A stretch of 63,719 nucleotides of DNA, counting the filler. It is 8 parts of 8 records of this genome, joined end to end, with 100 filler letters (N's around TTAATTAATTAA, not from the genome) between each part and the next. Parts side by side here need not be neighbours in the genome. Positions count along the whole stretch, not along the records: positions 20,277 to 30,458 come from SRR31156797_23785; positions 30,559 to 36,486 come from SRR31156797_23792; 6 more parts are not named here. One strand, 5' to 3'. Below the pieces are notes generated by a model. The model was given only the letters and a program-made list of their open reading frames with translations, was not told where the DNA came from and did not search any database. Position numbers and translations under genes: made by a program. The first letter of the stretch is position 1, and the number at the start of each line of letters is the position of its first letter. Of the stretch, positions 20,649 through 31,146 are shown in pieces.

Positions 20649-21409
20649 GCGACCATATGACCTTTCAGCTGGATCAGTTTGAGGGGCCTCTGGATCTTCT
20701 GCTTTTCCTGATCAGGAAAAACGAGGTCAATATCTATGACATCCCTATTGCCTCCATTACGGAGCAGTACCTTTCCTATTTGAAATACGCCAAGGCCGTA
20801 AACCTTGAGAACATCACCGAGTTCTATCTGCTGGCGGCGACCCTTCTCTATATCAAATCCAGAATGCTTCTGCCCGTGGAAGTGGACTTCACAGATGAAA
20901 TCGAAGACCCCCGGGAGGAGCTGGTCGCCAAACTCATCGATTACCAGAAGTACAAAAAGCTTTCCGAACTGATGACCGAACAGGAGAAATCCACGGAATG
21001 GGTCATAGAGAGAAAGAAGAAGCAGAGGATGCTCCCTTTTGAGAATGAGGAAGATCTCTGGGAAGAGGTCGACGTATGGGAGCTACTGCAGAGCTTCTCG
21101 GACGTTATGGGCTCCCTTACCCAGGAAGCCATTGTCAACCTCTATGAAGAGGTCACTGTCAACGAGAAGATAACCCTGATACAGGAGCTTCTGGACGAAA
21201 AAGGGGAGTTCTCCTTTACTGATATACTGATCAACCCCGAATCCATAATGGAGATCGTGTGCGCCTTCCTGGCAGTCCTTGAATCTGTAAAAATGAGACT
21301 TATAATGGTCTATCAGAACCGGCTTTTCGGGGATATCCTATTAAGATCCAGAAAAACGGACAAAGAGAGTGATACACATGAACCTCAAACAGGAACGATC
21401 GATAATTGA
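20645..21409 (+). CDS. scpA: segregation and condensation protein A
   Basis: FEGPLDLLLFLI, IYDIPIASITEQYL, KSRMLLP, FLAVLE. Confidence 0.93.
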   Translation: MSDHMTFQLDQFEGPLDLLLFLIRKNEVNIYDIPIASITEQYLSYLKYAKAVNLENITEFYLLAATLLYIKSRMLLPVEVDFTDEIEDPREELVAKLIDYQKYKKLSELMTEQEKSTEWVIERKKKQRMLPFENEEDLWEEVDVWELLQSFSDVMGSLTQEAIVNLYEEVTVNEKITLIQELLDEKGEFSFTDILINPESIMEIVCAFLAVLESVKMRLIMVYQNRLFGDILLRSRKTDKESDTHEPQTGTIDN

Positions 21410-21917
21410 AGCGGCTCTTTTCCTGGAGAGCGATCCCGTTTCCATACAGCATCTCAGCAAAATATCCGGCCTCGACCGGAACGTGGTGAAGGAAGTCATC
21501 CGGGAACTGCAGAGCCATTACGCCTCGGAAGAGCACGGCCTTTCGCTGAACGAGGTCCACGGGGGATGGGTATTGTCAGCCAAGGAAGAGCTCTGGGACA
21601 ACCTCAAAGAGTTCTATGGTAAGAAAAATGAAGAGAAACTCTCCCGCGCGGCTATGGAAACTTTATCGATTATCGCGTATTCTCAGCCTCTCACCCGCGC
21701 TGAAATAGAGAATATCCGCGGCGTGAACTCCGACGGTATGATCCGCTTGCTCCTGAAGCGCTCCCTGATCAGAGAGGTCGGAAAGAAAGATGTTCCCGGG
21801 AAGCCGGTGCAGTACGGCACGTCGAAAGAGTTCCTGAAGCTTTTCAGGCTCAAGAGCATTGCCGACCTGCCGAAGCTGGATGAGGTGGAACAGAAGAGGT
21901 TTGAACTTAATGGATAA
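21378..21917 (+). CDS. scpB: segregation and condensation protein B
   Basis: IEAALF, LSRAAMETLSIIAYSQP.TRAEIENIRGV, YGTSKEFL. Confidence 0.95.
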   Translation: MNLKQERSIIEAALFLESDPVSIQHLSKISGLDRNVVKEVIRELQSHYASEEHGLSLNEVHGGWVLSAKEELWDNLKEFYGKKNEEKLSRAAMETLSIIAYSQPLTRAEIENIRGVNSDGMIRLLLKRSLIREVGKKDVPGKPVQYGTSKEFLKLFRLKSIADLPKLDEVEQKRFELNG

Positions 21918-22692
21918 AGAAACGGATCTGCTCAGGCTGCAGGTCTATCTGGCCCGCTGCGGCATCGGCAGCCGGCGAAAATGCGAATCCTTTATCGAAG
22001 AGGGAAGGGTGGCGGTCAACGGAAACCCGATCCTGACTCCCGGACACAAGGTAAAGCCCGGAGACGAGGTGAGTTTCGACGGTCGGCCCATGCATCCCGA
22101 AAGGGAACTGGTCTACATCGCCCTGCACAAGCCCTCCGGCTTTATCTGTTCCAATCAGGACAGCAAGGGACGGCCCCTGGCCGCCGACCTGATCGCGGAC
22201 GCTTCCCAGAGACGGCTTTACAACGTGGGCCGCCTGGACTATATGACATCGGGGTTGCTCTTTTTTACGAACGACGGTGATTTCGCAAAGCTGATGACCC
22301 ATCCTTCCTCACATGTGGAGAAGGAGTATATCGTAACGACCAAGAAAGAAATCCCCAAGGAACTGATGGAACAGTTCAAAAAGGGCATGTCCGTGCAGGG
22401 TGAGTTTTTTCGCCTCAAGCGTTACGCCTTCAAAGGGGCCAGGACAGTGGCCATCGTCTTGGAGGAGGGGAAGAACAAAGAGCTCAGAAAGGTGTTCCTC
22501 TCCCGTAATATTACGATCAAGAGCATACACAGGATACGGATCGGCAACGTCAAGCTGACAGGGCTTGATTCGGGACGTTTCCGCAAACTCACGAGCCGCG
22601 AGGTGGATCAGCTGAAGAAAGCGGCTCACGATAAAAAAAACAGGAAAAGAAACAATGACAGTAGCCATAGACGGACCGGCGGGCGTCGGTAA
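21910..22692 (+). CDS. rluB: rRNA pseudouridine synthase (RluB/RsuA family)
   Basis: S4 domain RLQVYLARCGIGSRR; VGRLDYMTSGLL. Confidence 0.85.
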   Translation: MDKETDLLRLQVYLARCGIGSRRKCESFIEEGRVAVNGNPILTPGHKVKPGDEVSFDGRPMHPERELVYIALHKPSGFICSNQDSKGRPLAADLIADASQRRLYNVGRLDYMTSGLLFFTNDGDFAKLMTHPSSHVEKEYIVTTKKEIPKELMEQFKKGMSVQGEFFRLKRYAFKGARTVAIVLEEGKNKELRKVFLSRNITIKSIHRIRIGNVKLTGLDSGRFRKLTSREVDQLKKAAHDKKNRKRNNDSSHRRTGGRR

Positions 22693-23293
22693 GAGCACCA
22701 TAGCGAGCACCATCGCCGAGATGATGGGATATTTCAACCTGAACTCAGGCAACTTCTACAGGGCCGTCGCCCTGACCATCCTGCGCAAGGGCATATCCTT
22801 CGAAGATGAGGCCGCGGTTGTCGAGTCGGCGGGAAAAGCCGTTCTCGAGATAAGAGAAGGCCGTCTTTTCATGGACGGAGAGGATGTGGAGGATCTTCTT
22901 CACAGCGATGACGTGGACGGCATAGTCGCCCAGGTTTCGGCCGTCGTGCCGGTCAGGCACATAGTCAACGAGAAACTCCGGGAGATCAGCCGATCCCTGG
23001 ATCTTGTGGCCGAAGGCCGGGACATGACCACCGTCGTCTACCCCGATGCGGAGGTAAAAGTGTTCCTGGACGCTTCCCCTGAGATCCGGGCTGAAAGGCG
23101 TTTCAAACAGGGCGTAAGCACCCTGAGCTACGAGGAGATTCTCGATTCCATCAGGAAAAGGGATGTGATTGACCGCAATAAAAAAGAGGGCAGTCTCATC
23201 ATTGCGGAGGACGCGTTATATATTGACACATCCGCCTTGACGTTAGAGCAAGTATGTGAGAGAGTAACAGATAAAATCAACGAATTAAAATAA
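22655..23293 (+). CDS. cmk: cytidylate kinase
   Basis: AIDGPAGVGKST, EGRDMTTVVYPDA, RAERR. Confidence 0.95.
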   Translation: MTVAIDGPAGVGKSTIASTIAEMMGYFNLNSGNFYRAVALTILRKGISFEDEAAVVESAGKAVLEIREGRLFMDGEDVEDLLHSDDVDGIVAQVSAVVPVRHIVNEKLREISRSLDLVAEGRDMTTVVYPDAEVKVFLDASPEIRAERRFKQGVSTLSYEEILDSIRKRDVIDRNKKEGSLIIAEDALYIDTSALTLEQVCERVTDKINELK

Positions 23294-23320
23294 TTCATAA
23301 TTCAGGAGAACGGAACGGTT

Positions 23321-25021
23321 ATGGGAAAGATGGATGCTGCTTCAGCAGAGAACAACAGCCAGACACAACTTCAGGAAGAATACCTGAAGGCTATGGATCA
23401 GCTTGAGGAAGGTCAGCTGGTCGATGGTCATGTCATTCAGGTAGACAACGAATTTGTATTCATCGATATCGGCTACAAATCTGAAGGAAAAATACCTCTA
23501 TCCGAATTCAAAGAAGCTCCTGAAATAGGTGAAATCGTTTCTGTCGTACTCGTAAAGAGGGAAGGCAAGAACGGGGAAATTGTTGTTTCCAAGAAAAAAG
23601 CCGACGCAAAAGTTATGTGGAAGGAACTCCGCGACGCTTTTGCAGATCATAAGACCATTCAGGGTAAAGTGGTCAAATCCATCAAGGGTGGATTTGAAGT
23701 CGACCTCGGGATTGAAGTACGGGCTTTTATACCTATTTCAAAGATGGATCTTCACAGAATCGAGGAACCCGAGGAGTACGTAAGCCTTGAATCGGACTTC
23801 TACATCGAGAGGCTTTACAACGAGAAAAAGGTCAATATCGTACTCTCAAGAAGAGAGCTGCTCGAAGAAAAGCTCTCCGCCGCTAAGAAGGAATTCTTTG
23901 AGAAAACCGCTATCGGCGACACCGTAAAGGGAAGCGTAAAGAGCTTCACTTCTTTCGGCGCCTTTATCGATCTGGGCGGTTTCGACGGACTGCTGCATAT
24001 AAACGACATGAGCTGGGGCCATGTGAACAGACCCAAGGACTATGTCAAAAAGGGTCAGGAGATAGAGCTGAAGGTGATTCGCCTCGAGCCCGAGGACGAG
24101 AAGATCAACCTCTCCCTGAAACACTTCTCCGAAGATCCCTGGTCTACCTTCGAAGACCGCTACCAGGTTGAAGACGTGGTTAAGGGCAAGGTTACCAAGC
24201 TCACCGATTTCGGCGCGTTCATCGAGCTGGAAGAGGGAATCGAGGGACTGGCCCATATCTCAGAGCTTTCCTGGGTCAAGAGAATCAAGCACCCTAAGGA
24301 GATCATGAACATCGGAGACGAAGTGGAAGCCATGATCCTGGGTTACGATATCCATGAGGGACGCATCTCCCTGGGTATGAAGCAGGTAATGCCCAATCCC
24401 TGGGACGAAATGCACGAAAAGTACCCCATCGGCATGAAGCTGACCAGAGAGATCAAGAAGGTGACCAACGCCGGCGCGTTCATTGAGCTGGAAGAGGGCA
24501 TCGACGGATTCCTCCACGTGGACGACCTGTCCTGGACCAAGAAGATCAAGAATCCTTCTTCCGTACTGAAGGAAGGAGAGGAGATCGAGGTCACCATCAC
24601 CAATGTGGACACAGAAGCCCATCGCATCCGCCTGGGTGTGAAGCAGCTCTCCGACGACCCCTGGGCCGAACTGATGAAGCTCTTCCCCAAGGGATCTGTG
24701 ATCGAGGGAGAGATCTCTAATATCACCGATTTCGGACTGTTCGTTAAGGTACAGGGCGAAATAGAGGGTCTGATCCACAAGAACAACCTCAGCGATGACC
24801 GGGACGCCGATCCCGATGAACTGCTGGGCAACTTCAAGGTGGGAGAAAAGATCAAGGCTTCCGTAATCGAGCTGCAGCCCGGAAAACAGAAGCTTTCCCT
24901 TTCCGTTAAGGAAATGAAGCTGCGCGAGCAGAAGAAGGAAATCTCCAAGTACATCCACGAGGATGACGGAGACGACTCCTACAATCCTTTTGCCGAGCTG
25001 CTGAAGGACAAAGAAGACTGA
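23321..25021 (+). CDS. rpsA: 30S ribosomal protein S1
   Basis: Six S1 repeats (FGAFIDLGGFDGLLHI, GIEGLAHISELSW). Confidence 0.97.
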   Translation: MGKMDAASAENNSQTQLQEEYLKAMDQLEEGQLVDGHVIQVDNEFVFIDIGYKSEGKIPLSEFKEAPEIGEIVSVVLVKREGKNGEIVVSKKKADAKVMWKELRDAFADHKTIQGKVVKSIKGGFEVDLGIEVRAFIPISKMDLHRIEEPEEYVSLESDFYIERLYNEKKVNIVLSRRELLEEKLSAAKKEFFEKTAIGDTVKGSVKSFTSFGAFIDLGGFDGLLHINDMSWGHVNRPKDYVKKGQEIELKVIRLEPEDEKINLSLKHFSEDPWSTFEDRYQVEDVVKGKVTKLTDFGAFIELEEGIEGLAHISELSWVKRIKHPKEIMNIGDEVEAMILGYDIHEGRISLGMKQVMPNPWDEMHEKYPIGMKLTREIKKVTNAGAFIELEEGIDGFLHVDDLSWTKKIKNPSSVLKEGEEIEVTITNVDTEAHRIRLGVKQLSDDPWAELMKLFPKGSVIEGEISNITDFGLFVKVQGEIEGLIHKNNLSDDRDADPDELLGNFKVGEKIKASVIELQPGKQKLSLSVKEMKLREQKKEISKYIHEDDGDDSYNPFAELLKDKED

Positions 25022-25033
25022 TCTCTCAGCCCT

Positions 25034-26545
25034 ATGTTTGCTGATAAAGTTGACAGAAAGAGACTGGATACGCTGATTGAGATCAACAATCTCATCAATT
25101 CCAACTATACGGATATCCGGTCTCTTATGACTCATATCCTTGAATCATCGACTCGCCTCACCGGAGGCGAGTCTTCTTCTCTTCTCCTCCTGGACGCGGA
25201 AACCGATCTTCTCTATTTCGAGATAGCTCTTGGCAACAAGGGAGAGGATGTGAAGAAGTTCACTGTTAAGGTCGGAGAGGGCATCGCCGGCTGGGTCGCC
25301 CAGAACAATACCTCCCTGATTGTTAACGATGTGGAACAGGATTCCCGTTTCTACTCCGACATCGATAAGGACGTAGGTTACAAGACCACTTCCATCCTGG
25401 CCGTTCCGCTGAGGATGAAGGAGAGCTGCGTTGGCGTAATCGAAGTCATCAACAAGGAAAACGGAAGCAAGTTTACCGAAGAAGACCTTGAGTGGCTGGA
25501 AATCTTTACCAACCAGGCATCGCTGGCTTACCAGAATGCCCAATCCTTTAAAAAGGTAAAGGACGAGCTGTTTCGCCTCCAGGACAGAGTGGAGTCGGAC
25601 AGCGGTTTCCATAAACTGATCTACCAGAGCGCAGACGTGGACAAGCTTCTGAAGATTACCGACAGGGTTTCCCAATCCGATTCTCCCGTTCTGATCACAG
25701 GCGAAAGCGGTGTCGGTAAAGAGCTGTTCGCAGAGCAGGTTCACCTGAGAAGCGCCCGGAAAAACGATGTCTTCGTCAGGCTGAACTGCGCCGCCATTCC
25801 CGAGGATCTTCTGGAAAGCGAGCTCTTCGGCCATGTGAAGGGCGCCTTTACGGATGCCCAGACCGATAGGCTGGGACGTTTCGCTATGGCCGACGGCGGG
25901 TCCATTTTCCTGGACGAGATCGGCGAGATAAGCCTGCCCGTGCAGGCCAAGCTGCTGAGGGTGCTTCAGAACCGGCAGTTCGAACCCCTGGGTTCGTCGG
26001 AAACCGTTTTTGTAAACGTCAGGATCATCGCCGCGACCAACAGGAATCTTGAGAATATGGTGGAGAAGGGGACCTTTCGCGAGGACCTCTACTACAGGCT
26101 GAACGTTCTGCCCATAGCCATTCCCCCTCTGAGGGAGCGGGTGGACGACATACCCGTTCTTGTGGAGTATTTCCTGAATAAATACACCGCGAAGAACCGT
26201 ACGGAGATCAAAGGCTTGTCCGATGACGCCCAGGAGATGATGATGAACTATGGCTGGCCCGGCAACATCCGGGAGCTTGAAAACGTCATTGAACGGGCGG
26301 TCATCGTTTCTTCGGGAAACCTGATCAGACCGGAGGATCTTCTCCTTTCCAGGGACAGAGAGAAGGGAATCAGCGGATTCGGAGGAAAATCTCTCAAAGA
26401 AGCGGTGAACTTATTCAAAAAAAATTATATAAAGAGAATGCTGAGTTCCTGCGGTAACAACCAGACAGAAGCGGCTGGCCAGCTGGGAATACAGAGGACT
26501 TACTTATCCAGGCTTATCAAAGAACTGGAAATAAAAATACAATAG
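25034..26545 (+). CDS. GAF-domain sigma54-dependent transcriptional activator
   Basis: GEGIAGWVA GAF motif; GESGVGKE, ESELFGHVKGAFTDA, WPGNIRELEN; Fis-type HTH. Confidence 0.92.
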   Translation: MFADKVDRKRLDTLIEINNLINSNYTDIRSLMTHILESSTRLTGGESSSLLLLDAETDLLYFEIALGNKGEDVKKFTVKVGEGIAGWVAQNNTSLIVNDVEQDSRFYSDIDKDVGYKTTSILAVPLRMKESCVGVIEVINKENGSKFTEEDLEWLEIFTNQASLAYQNAQSFKKVKDELFRLQDRVESDSGFHKLIYQSADVDKLLKITDRVSQSDSPVLITGESGVGKELFAEQVHLRSARKNDVFVRLNCAAIPEDLLESELFGHVKGAFTDAQTDRLGRFAMADGGSIFLDEIGEISLPVQAKLLRVLQNRQFEPLGSSETVFVNVRIIAATNRNLENMVEKGTFREDLYYRLNVLPIAIPPLRERVDDIPVLVEYFLNKYTAKNRTEIKGLSDDAQEMMMNYGWPGNIRELENVIERAVIVSSGNLIRPEDLLLSRDREKGISGFGGKSLKEAVNLFKKNYIKRMLSSCGNNQTEAAGQLGIQRTYLSRLIKELEIKIQ

Positions 26546-26594
26546 GATCTGTACACCGACCATTCGGCGCTACAGTAAGAAGGAGTGATTGAGA

Positions 26595-27272
26595 ATGAGC
26601 ACAGTAGAAACTGAAATGACAGGGGCAGAGAAGTTCGCTCTTGCGTTGAAGACACATAGCAAAATGTTTATTGCCGCAGCGGTGGCTCTTGTTGTCATCC
26701 TGGCGGGTATCGGCGCAGCCGAACACTTTGGAAACCAGAAGAAGGAACTGTCTGTTGTCGCCGCAGAGGATATCGAGGAAGCATTCGTAGCTTATATGAC
26801 AGCGGCCGAAGATGAGAAGGCGAGTGCCAAGGACGGCCTGATCGCCCTGATCGATTCCGCGAAGCAGGAATACAAAGGCCTCTACGCCGAGATGAAGGCT
26901 CTGAGCGCCGAGGCACGGATGCTGGCCGACGAGGAAAGCTGGAACGATGCGGCCGCAGCCTATGTCGCCCTTGCCGACGGATTTGCAGATTCCTATGTGG
27001 CTCCCATCGCACTGCTCAACGCCGCCGCTATGAAGGAAGAGGCCGGCGACGATGACTCTGCCATGTCTTTGTACGAGCGGGTGGCGAACGAGTTCAAAGC
27101 GGTATCTCCCGATGTCCCCGAAGCTCTGTTCAACCTGGGTCGTCTCAGCGAGAAGACCGGCGACAGCGACAAGGCCCGCGAATACTATGAATCCATCGGC
27201 AGCGACTACTCCTCCTCCAGTTGGACGAATCTCGCGAAAAGCCGTATAATTGCAATTAAAGCAGGCAGCTGA
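26595..27272 (+). CDS. membrane-anchored TPR protein (YfgM-like)
   Basis: N-terminal TM helix followed by TPR-like helices (ALFNLGRL..KAREYYE). Confidence 0.75.
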   Translation: MSTVETEMTGAEKFALALKTHSKMFIAAAVALVVILAGIGAAEHFGNQKKELSVVAAEDIEEAFVAYMTAAEDEKASAKDGLIALIDSAKQEYKGLYAEMKALSAEARMLADEESWNDAAAAYVALADGFADSYVAPIALLNAAAMKEEAGDDDSAMSLYERVANEFKAVSPDVPEALFNLGRLSEKTGDSDKAREYYESIGSDYSSSSWTNLAKSRIIAIKAGS

Positions 27273-27437
27273 CAGATCATAATGAAATGCATGGTTCATA
27301 TCCGGGGGGAAGCCGGTAAGGCGGCTCTCAGCAAGACAATGCCCCGGAATATGAGCCATTCTTTCACTTCATTCATTCGACAATGATCTGCACGGGCTAC
27401 CGCGCTCATACCATTTGCGAACAGAGGGAGAGATTTT

Positions 27438-29834
27438 ATGGCCGGAAGGAACCGTAGCAAGATACTGAATGTAAAATATTTCAGCCTTATCCTGGGGGTT
27501 CTGACTTTTTTTCTCTTCCTCAGTCTGAACACATGGACCACCGTCTTCAACCACATGGAACTGAAGCTGCTTGACCTGCATTTCAATCTTAAAACCGTAT
27601 TCGACCAGACGAGGATCCAGGAAGGGGTTACCGTTGAAAAACGCAATCCCCAGATCTCTCCGGACATCCTTATCCTGGGGATAGACTTCAACAGCCTGAA
27701 CCAGTTCGGCCGCTGGCCCTTTCCCCGTTACAGACACGCCAACCTCATCGACGCTTTCACCAGAATCAAGGACCAGACCCAAAGAGAATCGGCCCTCTTC
27801 ATCGACGTCTTCTTCATTGAGCCGGATAACAACGCCTTCGACGACGTGGTCCTCACCGAGGCCATGGAGAACAACGGGCGCGTCTATATCGAAACCGTTT
27901 TGAAGCGCACACCCATGGCGTCTCACGAGGCCGAAGAGTTCTTCGGCCGCCAGCAGATCCTCTACGACAACTACGGAGAGATTCGAAACGTCCACGGGGA
28001 CACCTCCAAGGTTGTGGAGTACTACGGCCTTCAGGCCCCCCTGAAGCCCTACGGCAGAAAAACCTACGGATACGGCCATGCGAACTTCTATGACGACTAC
28101 GACAAGAAGTACAGAAGGCAGCAGCTCATCGCCAAATCAAGCGTCCTTCTGGCCGAGTATGACCTGGAGAGCCTGGACAGCTCCTTTACCCTGAACAGGG
28201 ACAACTACGAACGCCTGGCCTGGGTGGACAAGGAAGGGCAGTACCATACGGTCGAACACCCCCTTACCGACAAGGTGCTCGAGAGCCTGCGGAAGGAGGT
28301 GTCCTCCAACTCGGCTCCCCGCGTGGAAGACAGCGACCAGGACGGCACTCCTGACAAGTCCTACTACGTGATCTATCACTTCGAAGATCATTTCGTCCCC
28401 TCCATTACCCTGGCCCTCGCTGCCAACTACTTCAACAAGTCCCTGGAGGACCTTGAGGTTGTGCTGGGCGATCACATCACCATCCCCAATCTGCAGAAAT
28501 ACGACAGCGATAAGGGAGAGTGGGGCCCTTATACGATCGTCGAGGAGTATCCCGTAGCCGACGAGAACGGAAACATCCTCAAGGAAGGGAAGAGCCGCAT
28601 CGTCAGCGAACTGCGCATCCCCATCGACGACAGGGGACAGATGCTGATCAATTACATGGGCATGCGCTCCAATTCCACCAGGGGTGGATATCAGACCTTC
28701 CCGGTACGCTCCTATTCGGGTTACGCCGCTAGGGTTCCCGGCGCCGATCCCGCCTCCTGGCCCCGCACCAAGGCCGTTGACAACAAAATCCTTATGGTCG
28801 GCGCCTTCGCCCAGGGAATCGCGGATGACGAAAAGACCACTCCTTACGGCCTGATGTACGGTGTGGAGATCCATGCCAACGCCCTGAACACCATACTGAT
28901 GGATAATTTCCTTCATGAGCTGCCCGAATGGATCAACGTCCTGATCCTCCTTCTCTCCATCATGATCATAGCCTTCATCACGGCCCGGATGGGCCCCGGC
29001 TGGTCTTTTATCCTGATGCTCTTCCTGATTTTCGCCCAGTTCATCGCCATTTCCATACTCTTCGAATTCCGGAACCTCATGATCCATTTCGCCGCGCCCG
29101 GCGTAGCCAGCTTCTTCGTCTACATCACCGTGATGCTCTACCGCATCATTACCGAGGAATCGGACAAGAGACGGATCAAACTTATGTTCGGTAAGTACGT
29201 GAGCCCCGTGGTGGTGGAACAGATGATGGAAAAACCGCCCGAACTGGGAGGCGAGGACAACGACACCACCATCTTCTTCTCCGATATCCGCAGCTTTACG
29301 ACCCTGTCGGAGACCATGACGCCCCAGGAGCTGGTTCACCTCCTCAACGAGTATCTGACGGCCATGACCGACTGCCTTATGGATTACCGCGGCACCCTGG
29401 ACAAGTACATAGGCGACGCCATCATGTGTTTCTGGGGCGCCCCCATTCCCCAGGAGGACCATGCGCTTCTGGCCTGCAAATGCGCTCTGAAGCAGATGGA
29501 GCTTCTGGACGAGCTCAACAAGCAATGGCCCCCTGAGAAACAGATCCATATAGGCATAGGCCTCAACTCCGGCGTCTCCACTGTAGGAAACATGGGCAGC
29601 GAAGGGCGTATGAACTATACGGTTATGGGAGACAACGTCAATCTGGCGTCCCGTCTGGAGGGCATCAACAAGCAGTATTACACCAGCATCGTTATCAGTG
29701 AGTCCACCTATGAAAAGGTAAAGGACAAGGGCGCCATCTGCCGTGAACTGGACGATATCCGGGTCAAGGGAAAGAAGAAACCTGTCAGGATCTACGAGCT
29801 GGTGGGATTTGAGGGCGGCCTTGAGATCCGCTAA
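27438..29834 (+). CDS. CHASE2-domain class III adenylate cyclase
   Basis: GRWPFPR, MYGVEIHANAL, three TM segments, FFSDIRSFT, DKYIGDAIM, GDNVNLASRLE. Confidence 0.92.
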   Translation: MAGRNRSKILNVKYFSLILGVLTFFLFLSLNTWTTVFNHMELKLLDLHFNLKTVFDQTRIQEGVTVEKRNPQISPDILILGIDFNSLNQFGRWPFPRYRHANLIDAFTRIKDQTQRESALFIDVFFIEPDNNAFDDVVLTEAMENNGRVYIETVLKRTPMASHEAEEFFGRQQILYDNYGEIRNVHGDTSKVVEYYGLQAPLKPYGRKTYGYGHANFYDDYDKKYRRQQLIAKSSVLLAEYDLESLDSSFTLNRDNYERLAWVDKEGQYHTVEHPLTDKVLESLRKEVSSNSAPRVEDSDQDGTPDKSYYVIYHFEDHFVPSITLALAANYFNKSLEDLEVVLGDHITIPNLQKYDSDKGEWGPYTIVEEYPVADENGNILKEGKSRIVSELRIPIDDRGQMLINYMGMRSNSTRGGYQTFPVRSYSGYAARVPGADPASWPRTKAVDNKILMVGAFAQGIADDEKTTPYGLMYGVEIHANALNTILMDNFLHELPEWINVLILLLSIMIIAFITARMGPGWSFILMLFLIFAQFIAISILFEFRNLMIHFAAPGVASFFVYITVMLYRIITEESDKRRIKLMFGKYVSPVVVEQMMEKPPELGGEDNDTTIFFSDIRSFTTLSETMTPQELVHLLNEYLTAMTDCLMDYRGTLDKYIGDAIMCFWGAPIPQEDHALLACKCALKQMELLDELNKQWPPEKQIHIGIGLNSGVSTVGNMGSEGRMNYTVMGDNVNLASRLEGINKQYYTSIVISESTYEKVKDKGAICRELDDIRVKGKKKPVRIYELVGFEGGLEIR

Positions 29835-30458
29835 ACTCAATGCAAGATCAATAGGGGCGGCTGCGGCCGCTCTTTCGATCCTGTTTGTCTCATCCTGCGG
29901 CCTGCCCAGCTACAGCTCTCTTGACGCACCTTCGGTGATCAGCTACGGAAGCACCAACAAGGTGGGGTTCAATCCGGCCGACGATGTGGACGGTTATATT
30001 ATCTACTATAAGATCTATGAGTACGGCAGCAGTTCCATAGACAGCGACGAGGATAAGTTCGACCCCAGCAACTACGACGATGACAATATCCCCAACGGAA
30101 CTACGGTTCCAGAAAACCAGGACTTCACAGAGATGCGATGGGCTAATGTGAACTCCAGCACCACGCCTTTGATCGAGTACGACGGAGATGATTCGGTTGT
30201 TTTTGATTTCACTTCTTCCATCAATCTGGGAGATTCGGGCGTCAGCGATCCCGTTCTATATATCAATGATAACGACATGAGCTCTAGCATGGGAATTCCC
30301 GGAAGAGGAGTGAAGGGGAGCGACGGCAATTACAAGCGTTTCGTACTGGACTACGAACTGACCGACAGCGATATGGATTCATCTGTCAATACAAATGAAT
30401 CGATCATAATCGCCTTTGCAGCTATCAGTTACGGCCTTGATCCTTCAAGCCTTGACAG
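29821..30458 (+). CDS. putative lipoprotein, 3' truncated
   Basis: TTG start; hydrophobic signal with lipobox VSSC; GYIIYYKIY. Confidence 0.6.
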
Positions 30459-30558
30459 NNNNNNNNNNNNNNNNNNNNNNNNNNNNNNNNNNNNNNNNNN
30501 NNTTAATTAATTAANNNNNNNNNNNNNNNNNNNNNNNNNNNNNNNNNNNNNNNNNNNN
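30459..30558. other. artificial contig spacer
   Basis: N44-TTAATTAATTAA-N44. Confidence 0.99.
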
Positions 30559-30573
30559 AAAGGGTCCATAATA

Positions 30574-31146
30574 TCACTCCTCTGCCTCTTTAATTTCATT
30601 TATTTTCACATCTAGGGCATTCACCACAGCCGTTGAAGAGATCGTTGCGCCTGTAATAGCATCTATCGAACCACCCGAGCTGGAAAGACTCAGCTCAGAT
30701 ACAGGAATGCCGACGAACTGACTCTGAAAACTGTCTTCCACTATTTTAGCACCCAATCCAGGAGTTTCTTCATGACTCAGGACATCCATCCCACGAAATG
30801 TTGAAAAGGTTGAATCAACGCCTCCTGCTACAACAATAGGACCCTGGGAACCTGACTGTTGCTGGAAGAATGCATAACCTACAATGTTACCTGAGGGGTC
30901 TAGTGCACGATAATAGAGAACTATCTGATTACCATCCTCATCAATGATATCACCATATACCTCTTCAAAATTGCCATTTGCTTCAGGAATCAATTCACCT
31001 AGTATTTCTTTTTTAGATTCAGCTTCATTGATCTTAAGCTGTTCACTTGTAGGAACATAAGTAATACCCAGCAGAAGAGCAGCTATTACGGATATGAGAA
31101 CAAGTTTTCCTATAACTATGACTGTATCCTTGTTGGATTCACTCAT
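30574..31146 (-). CDS. rnfG: Rnf complex subunit G
   Basis: HEETPGLG and FMN-Thr motif DAITGATISS. Confidence 0.93.
   Translation of the reverse strand: MSESNKDTVIVIGKLVLISVIAALLLGITYVPTSEQLKINEAESKKEILGELIPEANGNFEEVYGDIIDEDGNQIVLYYRALDPSGNIVGYAFFQQQSGSQGPIVVAGGVDSTFSTFRGMDVLSHEETPGLGAKIVEDSFQSQFVGIPVSELSLSSSGGSIDAITGATISSTAVVNALDVKINEIKEAEE

Noticed and set aside
23900-24800. Repeated sequences such as GGCGCGTTCAT(C/T)GAGCTGGAAGAGGG
   Set aside because: Expected internal S1-domain repeats of rpsA
28137-29840. 567-aa minus-strand ORF (also 24260-25135 and 26517-27359)
   Set aside because: Antisense shadows of the cyclase, rpsA and TPR genes
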